Assembly: GCA_963793265.1 (NCBI GenBank)
Contig: CAWBZI010000002.1
Location: 809,743-873,742 of the forward strand
Direction of reading: 5' to 3'
DNA: 64,000 nucleotides
Origin: an uncultured cyanobacterium
GTDB lineage: Bacteria; Cyanobacteriota; Cyanobacteriia; Phormidesmidales; Phormidesmidaceae
The notes beneath the pieces are model-generated. The model was given only the letters and a program-made list of their open reading frames with translations. It had not been told where the DNA came from and ran no database searches. Below, one piece after another: positions 63,859 through 64,000 of the stretch (position 1 is its first letter; each line of letters opens with the position of its first letter). Both the position numbers and the translations under genes were made by a program.

Positions 63859-64000
63859 ATGACCTCACTTTCTGACCATATTCGAGTTGCGTGGCTGCTG
63901 CCAACCGCCTGGTTTTACTGGCAGCCAAGCCTGAGCGCGCTAACCAAAAATTATCACTAACCAAAGTTTTTACAGGGCTATGGCCAGGATTTGCAAAAGG
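63859..64000 (+). CDS. Start of a further probable glycosyltransferase (partial)
   Basis: MTSLSDHIRVAWLLPTAWFYWQP at the window edge, in the same cluster; an early stop suggests another frameshift. Confidence 0.45.

Overview
Cyanobacterial chromosome window, rich in the HIP1 octamer GCGATCGC, probably from a filamentous Leptolyngbya/Phormidesmis-like lineage (inference from gene content). About 1-34 kb is mostly core genome: argJ, lnt, sensor kinase, GAF-GGDEF-EAL protein, selO, relA/spoT with divergent patD, peptide ABC components, isoaspartyl peptidase, lycopene cyclase, STAS-sugar transferase, ycf66-like gene and ileS. 34.6-42.5 kb is a glycosylation cluster. 42.5-50 kb is an accessory patch of Uma2/DUF4058/Rpn nuclease-like paralogs, toxin-antitoxin remnants and a truncated IS66. 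50.5-64 kb is a HIP1-poor polysaccharide modification/export cluster with many frameshifts, probably assembly errors. The best candidate for an undescribed system is a pair of paralogous cassettes at 17.8-18.4 kb (+) and 49.6-50.1 kb (-). Each has a sigma70-type promoter, a structured leader with four conserved hairpins and a ~105-115 aa uncharacterised protein. Wobble-pair polarity suggests convergent sense and antisense RNAs, i.e. antisense-RNA-controlled transcription attenuation. Also notable: a G/T to C/A strand-composition flip centred on many HIP1 sites, conserved internal RBS+GTG starts in both Rpn genes, and a canonical NtcA-type promoter in front of relA. All calls were made by eye; no database searches were run.
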